Shown: positions 28,458 through 40,366 of the stretch, one piece after another
Layout: each line of letters opens with the position of its first letter
Position numbering within the stretch: position 1 is the first letter of the stretch
From: an uncultured delta proteobacterium
Lineage (GTDB): Bacteria > Desulfobacterota > Desulfobaccia > Desulfobaccales > 0-14-0-80-60-11
Length of the DNA: 64,000 bases
Assembly (NCBI GenBank): GCA_963812015.1
Contig: CAWETI010000003.1
Span: forward strand, 1-64,000
Reading direction: 5' to 3'
Made by a program: the position numbers and the translations under genes
The notes under the pieces: model-generated
What the model saw: the letters and a program-made list of their open reading frames with translations, nothing else
Database searches by the model: none
What the model was told of the DNA's origin: nothing

Positions 28458-30374
28458 ATGAAGCGTCACGCCTTTCTCCTGATCATAGCTGCCGTTGCGG
28501 TCCTGGCCCTCCTGGCCGGAGCCGCCCCCGCCTCGGCCCAGTCCGAGCGCATCCTCAATTTTAAAAGCGTCATCACAGTCCATCCCGACGCCTCCCTCAC
28601 CGTTACCGAGGACATCACGGTGCAGGCCACCGGCCGGGAGATCAGGCGGGGCATCATCCGGGATTTCCCCACCACCTACCGGGACCGGATGGGCAACACC
28701 GTTACCGTGGGCTTTGCCGTGGAGGAGGTTCGGCGGGACGGCCGGGTCGAGCCCTATCACACCCAGAGCGTCGCCAACGGCGTCAAGATCTTCATCGGCA
28801 ACCAGGATGTCTTTCTGCAGCCCGGGGTCTATACCTACACCATCAGGTACCGCGCCGAGCGGGAACTGGGGTTTTTTAAGGACTTTGACGAGCTCTACTG
28901 GAACGTCACCGGCAACGGTTGGACCTTCCCCATCGACCGGGCCGAAGCCTTCATCAACCTGCCGCCGGGGGCCAAAATCCTCCGTTATGCCGCCTACACC
29001 GGTTTTCAAGGGCAGCAGGGCCGGGATTTTACCGTGCACGCCGGCGACCGTGACATCAGTTTCCGGACCACCCGGGGGTTGGCGCCTAAAGAAGGCCTGA
29101 CCGTGGCGGTGTCCTGGCCCAAGGGCGTGGTGCACCAGCCCTCCAGCCAGGAACGTCTGGGGTTCTTCCTCCGGGACAACGTCGCGGTGGGCGTCGGGCT
29201 CATCTGGCTGGCCGTGCTCCTCATCTTCTATCTCTGGGCCTGGTTCCGGGTGGGCCGGGACCCGGCCGCCGGCACCATCATTCCCCTGTACGCCCCGCCC
29301 GCCGGTTTTTCCCCCGCCGGGGTGCGCTTCCTCAGCCGCATGGGGTATGACGACAAGGCCTTCGCCGCCGCGGTGGTGGACATGGCGGTGAAAGGGGGGG
29401 TGCTGATCCAGGAAGACGGCGGCGATTACACCCTGGTCCCCCGGGACGCCAAAGGAGCCCTGTCCCGGGACGAGCAGCTCGTCACCGCCCAACTCTTCCC
29501 CCGGGGCGGGTCGGTTAAATTGGAAAACACCAACCATACCGTAATCAAAGCCGCCATTGATGTCTTGAAGAAAAATCTGAAGACGGAATTTGAAAAGATC
29601 TACTTCGTCACCAACTCGGGCTATCTGGCCCCCGGCATTGTCATTACCCTCCTGGGGGTGGCCTTTGTCATCCTCACGGCCCGGGACCGGGCGGCCGCGG
29701 CCTTTGGCTCCCTGTGGCTCACGGTCTGGACGGTGGCCTGCTACTTCCTGGCGGTCCAGGTCTATAAGAAGTGGCAGGCCCTGACAGGCGGCGGCGGCCT
29801 GGGGAAAATCGGCGCTGCCCTGCTTACCACCCTGTTTGCCCTACCCTTTTTTGCCGGAGAGATCTTTGGGGCGGTCATGGTAAGCGCGGCCGTGTCCATC
29901 CCCGCGACCGTAACCCTGGCCGCCATGGGTTTCCTGAACGCCCTGTTCTACCACCTGCTCAAGGCCCCCACCCTGTCGGGCCGCAAGATCATGGACCAGA
30001 TCGAGGGTTTTAAGCTCTACCTGTCGGTGGCGGAAAAAGACCGCCTCAACCTTCTCAATCCCCCGGAAAAGACCCCGGCGCTCTTCGAAAAATACCTGCC
30101 CTATGCCCTGGCCCTGGATGTGGAGAACGCCTGGAGCGAGCAGTTCGCCGAGGTGCTGGCCCAGGCCGGGACCGAGACCCAGCCCTACTCCCCCGTCTGG
30201 TACTCCGGCAGTTCCTGGGACCGCTTCCACACCTCCCGGTTCACCGACAGCCTGGGCGGCGCCTTTGCCGGCGCCATCTCGTCATCCTCGTCCCCCCCGG
30301 GCTCCTCCTCGGGGAGCGGCGGCGGCGGCTTCTCCGGCGGCGGTGGCGGGGGTGGCGGCGGCAGCGGCTGGTAG
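28458..30374 (+). CDS. DUF2207 membrane protein
   Basis: Signal peptide, DELYWNVTG, LPYALAL and a Gly-rich tail ending GGSGW; adjacent to lemA. Confidence 0.88.
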   Translation: MKRHAFLLIIAAVAVLALLAGAAPASAQSERILNFKSVITVHPDASLTVTEDITVQATGREIRRGIIRDFPTTYRDRMGNTVTVGFAVEEVRRDGRVEPYHTQSVANGVKIFIGNQDVFLQPGVYTYTIRYRAERELGFFKDFDELYWNVTGNGWTFPIDRAEAFINLPPGAKILRYAAYTGFQGQQGRDFTVHAGDRDISFRTTRGLAPKEGLTVAVSWPKGVVHQPSSQERLGFFLRDNVAVGVGLIWLAVLLIFYLWAWFRVGRDPAAGTIIPLYAPPAGFSPAGVRFLSRMGYDDKAFAAAVVDMAVKGGVLIQEDGGDYTLVPRDAKGALSRDEQLVTAQLFPRGGSVKLENTNHTVIKAAIDVLKKNLKTEFEKIYFVTNSGYLAPGIVITLLGVAFVILTARDRAAAAFGSLWLTVWTVACYFLAVQVYKKWQALTGGGGLGKIGAALLTTLFALPFFAGEIFGAVMVSAAVSIPATVTLAAMGFLNALFYHLLKAPTLSGRKIMDQIEGFKLYLSVAEKDRLNLLNPPEKTPALFEKYLPYALALDVENAWSEQFAEVLAQAGTETQPYSPVWYSGSSWDRFHTSRFTDSLGGAFAGAISSSSSPPGSSSGSGGGGFSGGGGGGGGGSGW

Positions 30375-30507
30375 GAGTGGGGGAAGACCTTCTGAAAAAG
30401 GGTTTTGAGGGGAGGGCCGGGGGATTTTTCGTAAGGCACTCCCCCGCCTTCTTCTCCAACTATCCCCCCATCCCCCTAGATAAGCCCTCTGCTAAAGTCT
30501 ACTCATC

Positions 30508-30585
30508 TGTCATTCTGAGGGAGCGGAGCGACCGAAGAATCTCATGAACACGAGAAAATGCGAGATCGCTTCGCTCAGGATGACA
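30508..30585. repeat. TGTCATTCTGAG...CAGGATGACA palindromic element, second copy
   Basis: Matches the element at 14341-14411. Confidence 0.65.
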
Positions 30586-30692
30586 AAATGCCTTTGCGCA
30601 GAGCTCTCCTAGATGGGGGGTGGGGGAGACGGATGGTAAGCGGCCGTAAGCCCACTTACCATCTCTTTCCCCAAGGCTTTTTTACCGAGATC

Positions 30693-31595
30693 TCAGCTCA
30701 ACTTTTCCCCGGTGAGGGTCTGCAAGGCCTGGAGATACCGGGCCCGGGTGTTGGCGATGACGTCGGCCGGCAGGGGCGGCGGCGGGGGTTGCTTGTTCCA
30801 GCCCAGGGATTCCAGGTAGTCCCGAAGATACTGCTTGTCGTAGCTCTTCTGGGGGCCGCCGGGCCGGTAGTCCTCCTGGGGCCAGAAGCGGGAGGAGTCC
30901 GGGGTCAGGACCTCGTCGATAAGCACCAATTTTTCGTAAGTGCCGTCGGCCAGGCCGAACTCGAACTTGGTGTCGGCGATGATGATGCCCCGGGGTTCGG
31001 CCCATTCCTGGGCGCGGTGGTAGATGGCCAGGCTCAAGTCCCTGACCCGGGCCGCCAGTTCCGCCCCGATCCGGTCGGCCATGGCGGCAAAGGAGATGTT
31101 TTCGTCGTGGGTGCCCAGCTCGGCCTTGGTGGAAGGCGTAAAGATGGGCTCCGGCAGCTTCTGGGACTCCACCAGCCCCGGGGGCAGGCGCAATCCGCCG
31201 ATGGCCCCGGCTTGCCGGTACTCCGCCCAACCTGAACCGGACAAATAACCCCGGACGATGCACTCCACCGGCAGGGGCTTGCATTTGCGCACCAGCATGG
31301 TGCGCCCCGCCAGCAGCTCCCGGAAGGGCTGGCAGGCCGGAGGGAATTCCTCCACCGCCAGGCTAATCAGGTGATTGGGGGTCAGGTCGGCCAGGCGCCG
31401 GAACCAGAAGGCGGATAACTGGGTGAGGATGCGGCCCTTATCGGGGATGGGCTCGGCCATCACCACGTCGAAGGCCGACATGCGGTCCGTGGCCACCAGG
31501 AGCAATTTGTCCCCCAGGTCATAGATGTCCCGCACCTTGCCCTGGTGCCGGGGACCCAGTCCGGGAAAAGCAGTGGTCATAACCGGCGGATTCAT
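30693..31595 (-). CDS. purC: SAICAR synthetase
   Basis: [42 protein letters not shown] and DKQYLRD motifs. Confidence 0.96.
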   Translation of the reverse strand: MNPPVMTTAFPGLGPRHQGKVRDIYDLGDKLLLVATDRMSAFDVVMAEPIPDKGRILTQLSAFWFRRLADLTPNHLISLAVEEFPPACQPFRELLAGRTMLVRKCKPLPVECIVRGYLSGSGWAEYRQAGAIGGLRLPPGLVESQKLPEPIFTPSTKAELGTHDENISFAAMADRIGAELAARVRDLSLAIYHRAQEWAEPRGIIIADTKFEFGLADGTYEKLVLIDEVLTPDSSRFWPQEDYRPGGPQKSYDKQYLRDYLESLGWNKQPPPPPLPADVIANTRARYLQALQTLTGEKLS

Positions 31596-33106
31596 CGGGA
31601 CGGCCTCCTGTTATTGGCGCCGGCGGGTCGGGACGCCTGTTTCACGACTTTGGGGGTGATCTTTTCCTGGGCCTTGATGCGGCCGGCTTCGTCTTCGGCG
31701 GCCTTGGCGCCGGTGAGGGGGCCCACCTGGACCTGATACTGGGTCTTGTCGCCGGTCTTATGGGTGATGACCACCGCCTTGTGGTGGTTGGCCCGGAGGC
31801 GTTGCTGGAGAGCCTGGGCCGACTTCAGATTGGGGTAGGTGGCGACCACCAGAAGATAGCGCTCTTCCTTAGCCACCGGGGTGGCCCCGGCCGGGGGCTG
31901 GCCGGCCGCGGCTCTGGGGGCCGGGCCCGCTTCCCGGGGGGCGACGGCCTCGCCGGTCTCCACCAGGGGCGGGACGCCCCCGGCCGGCGGCAGGGCGACG
32001 GGCGCCGCCACCGTGGCGGGCTGAGGCGGTGACGCCGGCCGGGGGCCGACTTTGACCCCGACGATGATGACGGCCACCATCAGGACGGCCAGGCCCACGC
32101 TCCACCAGAGGCGCCGGGGCACCAGCTTGAGGGTGCTCCAATGGGTCAGGGCCGCGTCCTTGGCCCTTTGGACCCGGGGCTTATTGTCCTCCCAGACTTT
32201 CTGGAGCCGCGGCCCGGCCTGGGCCAGGGGCTGCCAGCGGCGCCGGGGTTTTTCCGGCCGCCCGGCGGCCCGGGGTTTCTTGGAAACTCCGTGCATGAGG
32301 TCCAGGGCCTGGCGCAATTGACCGACCAGGGCCCCGGCATGGGGCAGCCGCTCCTCGGGGTCCTCCGACAGGCACCGCAACAGCACATTCTGGAGGGGAA
32401 CGGGGATATCCTCCAGGTCCATCGGCGGGTATTCCAGGCGATAGGGAAAGGGCTCATCAAAGGTCAAGGGATAGGGCAGGCTGCCGGCCGCCAGCCGGAA
32501 CCCCAGCACCCCCAGGGAAAACACGTTGCCGGCGGGTGTGAGCCGGTCCCCGTGGATGACCTCGGGGGGGGCATACGCCTTGAGCTCCAGATGCAGCGGC
32601 TGATCGTCATAGGCCGGGGCAAAGGCAAAATTGGCGAGACGCAGGTCTTCCCCATTGAGGAGGATATTGAGGGGACTGAGGCACTGGTGCACGGTCCCAT
32701 GCTGGTGGGCGCAGGCCAGGGCCTGGCCCAGGAGTTCCAGCAGGTGCAGCGCCTGGGGCATGGTGAACCGCTCTTTCCGGCCCAATTGGACCATCAAGCT
32801 CTCGCCGGGAAAAGGTTCCTCCACCAGGTAAAGAAATTTTTCGGCCTTGTCCACATGGAACACCCCCAGGATCTGGGGGTGCAGCAGTTTCAGTCCCAGG
32901 ACCGCCGCATGTTCATACATATCCCGGCCCGCGGCCCATTCCGGGTCGTCCCGGGCCAGGAGTTTCAGGCTGACCTCGGTCCTCAGGAGATTATCCTGGG
33001 CCAGCCACACCCCGCCCCAGGGCTCTTCCCGGAGCTGGCGCACGATCAGGTATCTTTGCCCGATCATCTCGTTGATCTCGGGATGATCCGGACGATTGTA
33101 GGTCAT
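31592..33106 (-). CDS. Ser/Thr kinase-fold (pseudokinase) - TM - SPOR domain protein
   Basis: Hanks-type subdomain order with degenerate motifs ([11 protein letters not shown]). One TM segment, a Pro/Ala linker and a C-terminal SPOR-like YQVQVGPL. Confidence 0.75.
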   Translation of the reverse strand: MTYNRPDHPEINEMIGQRYLIVRQLREEPWGGVWLAQDNLLRTEVSLKLLARDDPEWAAGRDMYEHAAVLGLKLLHPQILGVFHVDKAEKFLYLVEEPFPGESLMVQLGRKERFTMPQALHLLELLGQALACAHQHGTVHQCLSPLNILLNGEDLRLANFAFAPAYDDQPLHLELKAYAPPEVIHGDRLTPAGNVFSLGVLGFRLAAGSLPYPLTFDEPFPYRLEYPPMDLEDIPVPLQNVLLRCLSEDPEERLPHAGALVGQLRQALDLMHGVSKKPRAAGRPEKPRRRWQPLAQAGPRLQKVWEDNKPRVQRAKDAALTHWSTLKLVPRRLWWSVGLAVLMVAVIIVGVKVGPRPASPPQPATVAAPVALPPAGGVPPLVETGEAVAPREAGPAPRAAAGQPPAGATPVAKEERYLLVVATYPNLKSAQALQQRLRANHHKAVVITHKTGDKTQYQVQVGPLTGAKAAEDEAGRIKAQEKITPKVVKQASRPAGANNRRPSR

Positions 33107-33356
33107 CTGGAGGCCTGCCTTGGCTTGAGAAATCGGCCTGAGAAACGGCCCAATTCACCATACCACAAAACCCACCGGCAAAAAAGCCCTTTCGAGGCAG
33201 GGCGACGCCGAGGAAATCGATGGTCTCCAGGCTGATGCGGCCGCGCAACCATCTTGACCTTGCCGGCCAAATTGCGCCCACGCTGAGATAAAATTGCAAG
33301 GCGAAGATTATTTTGATAATTTCACGGTTACAAACCTTGTTGCCGGGATTCTTTCC

Positions 33357-33959
33357 ATGTCCATAGCCAACCTCATCACCCTGGCCCGCTTGCCCCTGTT
33401 GTTGATCCTGGTGGGGTTGCTGTTTGTCCCCAGTTTCGGGGTGCGGCTGGCCGGCCTGGCGCTGCTCATCGTCCTGTTTCTCATGGATTGGTTTGACGGC
33501 TACGTGGCCCGGCTGCGCCAGGAGGTCACCGAAATCGGGGCGGTGCTGGATATCGCCCTGGACCGGTCCGTGGAAAATATCCTGTGGATCACCTTTATGT
33601 ACCTGGGACTGGTGCCTTTGTGGGTCCCCATCGTCTTTTTAATCCGCTCCTTTGTGGTGGACGGCATTCGGGGCGTGGCCCTGGCCCGGGGCCAATCCGG
33701 TTTCGGGATGATGTACTCCCCCCTGGGGCGCTTCCTGGTGGCTTCCCGCTTCATGCGGGCCCTCTATGGCCTGGCCAAGGGCGTGGTCTTCGGCCTCCTC
33801 TACCTTGCCTGGGCCCTGGCCTTCAAGGACCCGCAAATTCTCATCACCTTGCATCCGCTGAATCAGAGTCTTATATTCTTTACCACGGCACTGTGCATCA
33901 TTCGGGGCCTCCCGGTAATTCAGGATGGCCGCGACTTGTTCAGGTCCGATAAGGCCTGA
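33357..33959 (+). CDS. CDP-alcohol phosphatidyltransferase
   Basis: ANLITLAR and DWFDGYVAR...GAVLDIALD motifs. Confidence 0.9.
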   Translation: MSIANLITLARLPLLLILVGLLFVPSFGVRLAGLALLIVLFLMDWFDGYVARLRQEVTEIGAVLDIALDRSVENILWITFMYLGLVPLWVPIVFLIRSFVVDGIRGVALARGQSGFGMMYSPLGRFLVASRFMRALYGLAKGVVFGLLYLAWALAFKDPQILITLHPLNQSLIFFTTALCIIRGLPVIQDGRDLFRSDKA

Positions 33960-33994
33960 GCTGCACCACCAGAATCTTGCCGCCGGAGGATGTC

Positions 33995-34633
33995 ATGAGC
34001 CGGGTGGTTGCCATTTTTGATGTGGATCAGACTCTGGTTCAGGGGTACACGGAGCGACTTTTTTTCCGGTATCTGGTGCGACAGAATCTGATCAGCCTGC
34101 CCCAGGCCCTGTTTTTCCTCGGTCAGTTAGCCCGCCGTCCCCAGGGCCGGTTCCGGGACAAGCGTTACCTCGAGGGGCTGGAGGTGGAGGAAGTGGCCCG
34201 CCTGGCCCGGCGATGCTACCAGGAAGACATCGTTCCCCGGGTGAGTACGGGGGGAATGGCCTGTGTCCTGGAGCATCAGGCCCAGGGCCATGCCATTGCC
34301 CTGCTGAGCGGCTCCCTGTCCGTACTCCTGACGCCGTTGCAGGAGGAGTTGGGGGCCGATTGGCTCATTGCCACGGAATTGCAACGGCACAACGGCCGAT
34401 TTACCGGGGAAATCACCGGCCTCCACCCCCGGGGGCGCAATAAATTGTGTTTGCTCCAGGAACTGTCCCGGACCCATGGCTTTGATTTATCCCGATCCTA
34501 CGCCTACGCCGACCATATCCAGGACTCCTATCTCTTCCGTTCCATCGGGCATCCGGTGGCGGTCAACCCTTCCTGGCGCCTCAAGCTCCAGGCCCGCAAA
34601 CATCGCTGGCCGATCCGGTATTTTAGGGCTTAA
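33995..34633 (+). CDS. HAD-IB family hydrolase (SerB-like)
   Basis: FDVDQTL, LLSGS, YAYADHIQD and AVNP motifs. Confidence 0.85.
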   Translation: MSRVVAIFDVDQTLVQGYTERLFFRYLVRQNLISLPQALFFLGQLARRPQGRFRDKRYLEGLEVEEVARLARRCYQEDIVPRVSTGGMACVLEHQAQGHAIALLSGSLSVLLTPLQEELGADWLIATELQRHNGRFTGEITGLHPRGRNKLCLLQELSRTHGFDLSRSYAYADHIQDSYLFRSIGHPVAVNPSWRLKLQARKHRWPIRYFRA

Positions 34634-34664
34634 TATATGATTTCATAATTATGGCAACGTATTT

Positions 34665-34716
34665 ACCCCCCCTCACCCCGCCCCTCTCCCCCCGCAAGCG
34701 GGTGGAGAGGGGGTAG
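34665..34716. repeat. Family B palindromic repeat (CCCCCTCACCC...CTCTCCCC...GGAGAGGGG)
   Basis: Similar to 44435-44474 and to the IS110-interrupted copy. Confidence 0.65.
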
Positions 34717-34808
34717 GGTAGTTCACCGGGTTTAATAACCACAAAGCCTTAAATCAGTTCCATTTTTTTCCCCTCTCCCCCAATGGGGGAGAGCGACTGT
34801 GTTAGATG

Positions 34809-35965
<1,157 letters not shown>

Positions 35966-36198
35966 CCTTTAACATACAAGGGTTAGGGTGAGGGGGAAAT
36001 AATCTTCACAGGCTAAGAAATACGTTACCGTATTTATAAAAAGCTGTACTTAGCCGCCCACGTTAACCCAAAACTCGGTGGGGAGAAAGGCGGGAAGGCC
36101 GTGCCGGGAGAGCCTGGTTTGGCCATGAAATTTTTTCTGATCATCAGGCGAATAATTGACAGGATAGAACTTTTAGAGTAGTCAATATTAGGGGTATT

Positions 36199-36408
36199 AT
36201 GGACGCCGCGCTGATCAAACAGTTGAAAAACCGGGTGGAAGAAGAACTGCGGCAGCGCGAAGTGGCGCTCCTGGAGTTTTGGCTGGAGGAATTTAAAACC
36301 ATCATGGGCAAGCGCCACAAAGAACTGGCGGCATTGCAGACCGACGTGAAAAGCTTTATCGCCCGCATGGAGACCCGGCTCCGCACCCTCAAAGGGAGCC
36401 AGAAATAA
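36199..36408 (+). CDS. Small coiled-coil hypothetical protein
   Basis: GGGG SD-like motif; ends 1 nt before the queD start. Confidence 0.7.
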   Translation: MDAALIKQLKNRVEEELRQREVALLEFWLEEFKTIMGKRHKELAALQTDVKSFIARMETRLRTLKGSQK

Positions 36409-36409
36409 T

Positions 36410-36781
36410 ATGTATGAAGTGAAAATCGTCACCCAGTTTGCCGCCGCGCACCGGTTGGAAAACTTCTATGGGAAATGTGAGGCCCTCCACGGCCACAACT
36501 GGAAGGTGGAAGTGTTCCTGGTAGGGAACAATCTGGATGCCGCCGGGCTGCTGATGGATTTTGGCGTGGTCAAGGCCCGGACCAAAGAGCTGCTGGAGGA
36601 GATCGACCATAAGTATTTGAATGAACTGGCGGCCTTTCAGGACCGCAACCCCTCGTCGGAGAATCTGGCCTGCTACCTGTATGAGCGCCTGGGGGCTATC
36701 TTTAATGGCGACAAGGTGAAAATCCATCGGGTCAACGTCTGGGAATCCGATAACTCCTGCGCCTCCTATTATCAGGACTGA
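36410..36781 (+). CDS. queD: 6-carboxytetrahydropterin synthase
   Basis: FAAAHRL, CEALHGHNW, DHKYLN, PSSENLA and VWES motifs. Confidence 0.94.
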   Translation: MYEVKIVTQFAAAHRLENFYGKCEALHGHNWKVEVFLVGNNLDAAGLLMDFGVVKARTKELLEEIDHKYLNELAAFQDRNPSSENLACYLYERLGAIFNGDKVKIHRVNVWESDNSCASYYQD

Positions 36782-36788
36782 AGCGGCG

Positions 36789-37310
36789 TTGACCAGAGGC
36801 TGCCGTTTAGCCTGGGTGGCGGGACTGATCCTGGGGATGCTGGGCGTCTTAGGGGCTCATGCCGGGTCTCGCACCGAGCCCCCGGGGACCAGCCTCCTGA
36901 GGATCCCCGTGCCGGGTCCCCGGCATAAGCCGCCGGTGAAATTCAGCCACCGGCTGCACGCCGACCGACGGGTGGCCTGCACCCAGTGCCATCACGAATA
37001 TCAGGGGAGACGCAACGTCTGGCATGAAGGGCTGCCGGTGGAGAAGTGCCAGGCCTGCCACGGCGTAAGGCCGGAAGCCCGCCGCCTGGACCTGAAGAAT
37101 GCCTATCATCGCCAGTGTAAAGGGTGCCACCTGCGGTTACGGCAACAGGGACGGCCGTCAGGCCCCATTGAGTGCCAGGGCTGCCATCGCCCCCTGAACG
37201 GGGCGGGATCGGCTAAAGCGGGGAGGCGAAGTCCGGGGTTCAGTGGGCCCGTCTTGCCCCCCATCACCCATGGACACTTGCTGGCAATGGGGCGGCACTC
37301 CCCAGCCTGA
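36789..37310 (+). CDS. Tetrahaem cytochrome c3-family protein
   Basis: Signal peptide, PVKFSH..H, and four CxxCH motifs (CTQCH, CQACH, CKGCH, CQGCH). Confidence 0.85.
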   Translation: MTRGCRLAWVAGLILGMLGVLGAHAGSRTEPPGTSLLRIPVPGPRHKPPVKFSHRLHADRRVACTQCHHEYQGRRNVWHEGLPVEKCQACHGVRPEARRLDLKNAYHRQCKGCHLRLRQQGRPSGPIECQGCHRPLNGAGSAKAGRRSPGFSGPVLPPITHGHLLAMGRHSPA

Positions 37311-37316
37311 GGAGTC

Positions 37317-38486
37317 GTGATTAAAGATTCCATCACCTCCCTAATCCGGACGCTCCAGCGGGAACGGGTCTTTGCCCTGGTCCTGACGCTGATGGTGATC
37401 CTGCTGCTGGGAGCCATCGGCTTCAGCCTGGTCGAACCCGCCGAGGGGCCGTGGTTCGATCGGTTCGGCCGGGCCGTGTGGTGGGGTCTGGTAACCATGA
37501 CCACCGTGGGGTATGGGGATGTGGTTCCCGTCACCTTCCTGGGCCGGCTGTTGGCCACCGGCATCATGGTGATCGGATTTGTCAGCCTGTCCCTCGTCAC
37601 CGCCACCGTGGCCTCCGTCTTCATTGAGCGCAAATTTCGCCAGGAGAAAGGTTTGGAAGCCATTAAAGCCGCACAGCATATCCTGATCCTGGGGTGGCCG
37701 GAAGATGCCGAGGCCCTGTTGGACCAGTTGCTCAAACGCCTGCCCCCCGCCATCCCGGTGGTCCTGATCAACAAGGCCCCCCCGGAGCAGATGGACGCCA
37801 TCAGAGAAAAATATCCCCAGCACACGGTGCTCTATCTCCGGGGGGATTATTCCCGGGAAGAAATCCTCATGAAGGCCAATGTCCAGGGGGCCATCAAGGC
37901 CATCATCCTGGCCGACCGGCAACCGGGGGAAACCGCGGCCCAGGTGGACCAACGCACCCTGTTCACCGCCCTCACCTTAAAGGCCGTCCATGCCAAAATT
38001 CGCATCATGGCGGAACTGCTGCGGCCGGAAAACCGCTCCTACCTGGAGCGGTCCGGGGCCGAGGAGGTTTTGATCCGGGGACAATACGACAGCTCGCTCC
38101 TGGCGGGGGCCATCGCCTCCCCGGCTCTGTTCCGCGTCTACACCTCCCTGTTAATGGGGGAGGGACAGACCTTATGGGAAGTGGCCGTGCCCAGCCAGTT
38201 CTTCGGGCGTCCCCTGGGGGAATTCGCCGCCTACCTCCAGGAGCAGCACCAGGGGATTCTCATCGGCCTCTATACCGAGGGCCGGACCCTGAGCCTCGAA
38301 GACTTGCTGTCCGAAGAACCTTCCGCCATCGATGACTTCATCCGGCGGAAGTTCGCCGAGACCAAGATGACCCATCTCCTGGGCCGCACCAAGGTGGACT
38401 ACCAGATCAATCCCCCCCATACCCAGACCCTGGGGCCCCAACAGCATGCCGTGGTCATCGCCCCGCAGAGGCCGAACCTTTCATGA
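37317..38486 (+). CDS. Potassium channel with RCK domain
   Basis: TMTTVGYGD selectivity filter followed by a TrkA-N/RCK-like region. Confidence 0.92.
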   Translation: MIKDSITSLIRTLQRERVFALVLTLMVILLLGAIGFSLVEPAEGPWFDRFGRAVWWGLVTMTTVGYGDVVPVTFLGRLLATGIMVIGFVSLSLVTATVASVFIERKFRQEKGLEAIKAAQHILILGWPEDAEALLDQLLKRLPPAIPVVLINKAPPEQMDAIREKYPQHTVLYLRGDYSREEILMKANVQGAIKAIILADRQPGETAAQVDQRTLFTALTLKAVHAKIRIMAELLRPENRSYLERSGAEEVLIRGQYDSSLLAGAIASPALFRVYTSLLMGEGQTLWEVAVPSQFFGRPLGEFAAYLQEQHQGILIGLYTEGRTLSLEDLLSEEPSAIDDFIRRKFAETKMTHLLGRTKVDYQINPPHTQTLGPQQHAVVIAPQRPNLS

Positions 38487-38980
38487 TGGACGCCGCCCTG
38501 TTCCAGAAAATCTACCTCTTCCAGGACCTGGGAGAAGATGAACTCCAGCAGGTGCTGAACCGCACCGCCCTCCGGGAATTTTCTGCCGGGGCCGTCATCA
38601 TTCAGGAAGGCGAGCCCGGGGATAGCCTCTTCATCATGGCCGCCGGGGAAGTGGAGATCACCAAGCAGCTTACCCTGGTGCTGGATGAAGACACCCCCAA
38701 AGAGCGGGTGATGATCCGCCTGAAGGCGGAAAACGGGGTCTATTTCGGGGAGATGGCCCTGTTGGAAAGCGAAACCCGGTCGGCTACGGTGACCGCCTCC
38801 ACCGACTGTTCCCTGCTGGAACTGCACCAAAAGGATTTCTTGAACTTGATTGAGCAGAACCCGGCCATGGGGGTCAAGCTGCTCTTGCGCCTGGCCCAGG
38901 TCCTGTCCCAGCATCTGCGCAAGACCAACCAGGACGTGGTGAAACTCACCACGGCCCTGGCCGTTTCCCTGGGGGGATAG
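38483..38980 (+). CDS. Cyclic nucleotide-binding domain protein
   Basis: EGEPGD, GEVEI and FGEMALL..RSATV motifs. Confidence 0.9.
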   Translation: MMDAALFQKIYLFQDLGEDELQQVLNRTALREFSAGAVIIQEGEPGDSLFIMAAGEVEITKQLTLVLDEDTPKERVMIRLKAENGVYFGEMALLESETRSATVTASTDCSLLELHQKDFLNLIEQNPAMGVKLLLRLAQVLSQHLRKTNQDVVKLTTALAVSLGG

Positions 38981-38987
38981 CGCGCTT

Positions 38988-39155
38988 CATATAAACACCA
39001 TAGATAGTTTTTGGTCTACGATTAAACGTGGTATCGTTGCAACATTCCATAAGGTTAGCATAAAGTATCTCCAACTTTATGTTGCCGAATTTGAGTTCCG
39101 CTATAACAACCGCAAGAACCAGGACATTTTCGGGGCGGCGATAAGGTTATGTTAA
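38988..39155 (+). pseudogene. IS1595-family transposase C-terminal remnant
   Basis: Translates HINTIDSFWSTIKRGIVATFHKVSIKYLQLYVAEFEFRYNNR, the ISXO2-like C-terminal motif. No start or N-terminal part. Confidence 0.8.
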
Positions 39156-40113
39156 AAAAGTTTTCCTGTTTAATAATTATAATCATATTGCTTGGATTTG
39201 CGGTGATTGCACAATCACAACCGCCTATCCCGATAGGCACACAACAAAATTATCAATATCCAACCAAAAGCACCGATGAACAGCCCTATAAAGACAAATA
39301 TAACACTGAATCGCTCAAAACCACGCTTAAAGAAATAACCTCTAAATATCAAAACCAAAATATAAAAAACACAGGAAGCCAAGAACATCATTGGTACGAT
39401 ACTTTTTTGGATAACACTACTAATTGGCTTCTCGTGCTTTTCAATTTATTGCTTGTTGTAGTTACGAGCTTGCTTGTTCTCTATAATTATCGTTTGTGGA
39501 AAGCTAATGTTGGTCTGTGGGAAGTATCCCAAGAGCAGTCCCGACACATGGAGACTTCCATCGGTGTTGCCCATAAAGCCGCTGATGCTGCTACAGCAAC
39601 GGTTAAAACCATGAGGGATACTGCTGGAAGACAACTGCGGGCATATTTGTCCGCTCGTTTCGAGACTATATTTATTTTCAGTCCAACAATCCGGGTAACA
39701 ATTAAATTCATAATGCTGAATCACGGGCAAACTCCTGCTTATAATGTAACTCATTCGTCCTTGGTTGAGGTATTGCCTTATCCGTTGCCGATTAATTATC
39801 AGCTCCCGAGTATCTCTCCCCCCCAGACACCACCTTTGTTTTGCACCCAACAGCCACTCTCGATGGATATAGTCTTGCCGCTCGTAATTTTTCTAAAGAA
39901 GAGATCAGCCGAATCGTTAATAATGACGGCTATCGCATATATACATTCGGGGTGGTTAAATACAAGGATACTTTTGGTAGAAGTCGCCAAACTAAATTTT
40001 GTTATTCCGTAATCGGAGATAATAACCTCTCTACTATCGCTACGGGCAACCAGACAAAAGTCGGCCTTCGCATCATGTTTGAACCATGTAGTCAATACAA
40101 TGAAGCAAATTAA
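39149..40113 (+). CDS. AT-rich membrane-anchored hypothetical protein, frameshifted at C7 tract 39818-39824
   Basis: Signal peptide, TM, QLRAYL and NHGQTPA. The alternative frame 39841..40113 (YTFGVVKYKDTFG..TKFCY) reads as the natural C-terminus. Confidence 0.6.
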
Positions 40114-40366
40114 CCCTTGTTTTAATAACTTACCCCTTAATTGCATCGCCTTCCCCCTTCAAAAAGGCGACTTCTTGTGTCAAGAAGTGCATAATCGCCT
40201 TTCCAAAGGGGGGAACTTAGCGAAATTCCGTTGAAAGCCCCCCTTTGCAAAAGGGGGATTTAGGGGGATTTAAAAATCAGCAAGCGGAATGAATTTGTGG
40301 CATACGCGATAACCAAATCTGACCTGCTATCTCCCTCCCCCTGGAGGGGGGAGGGTGGGCTTTTCC

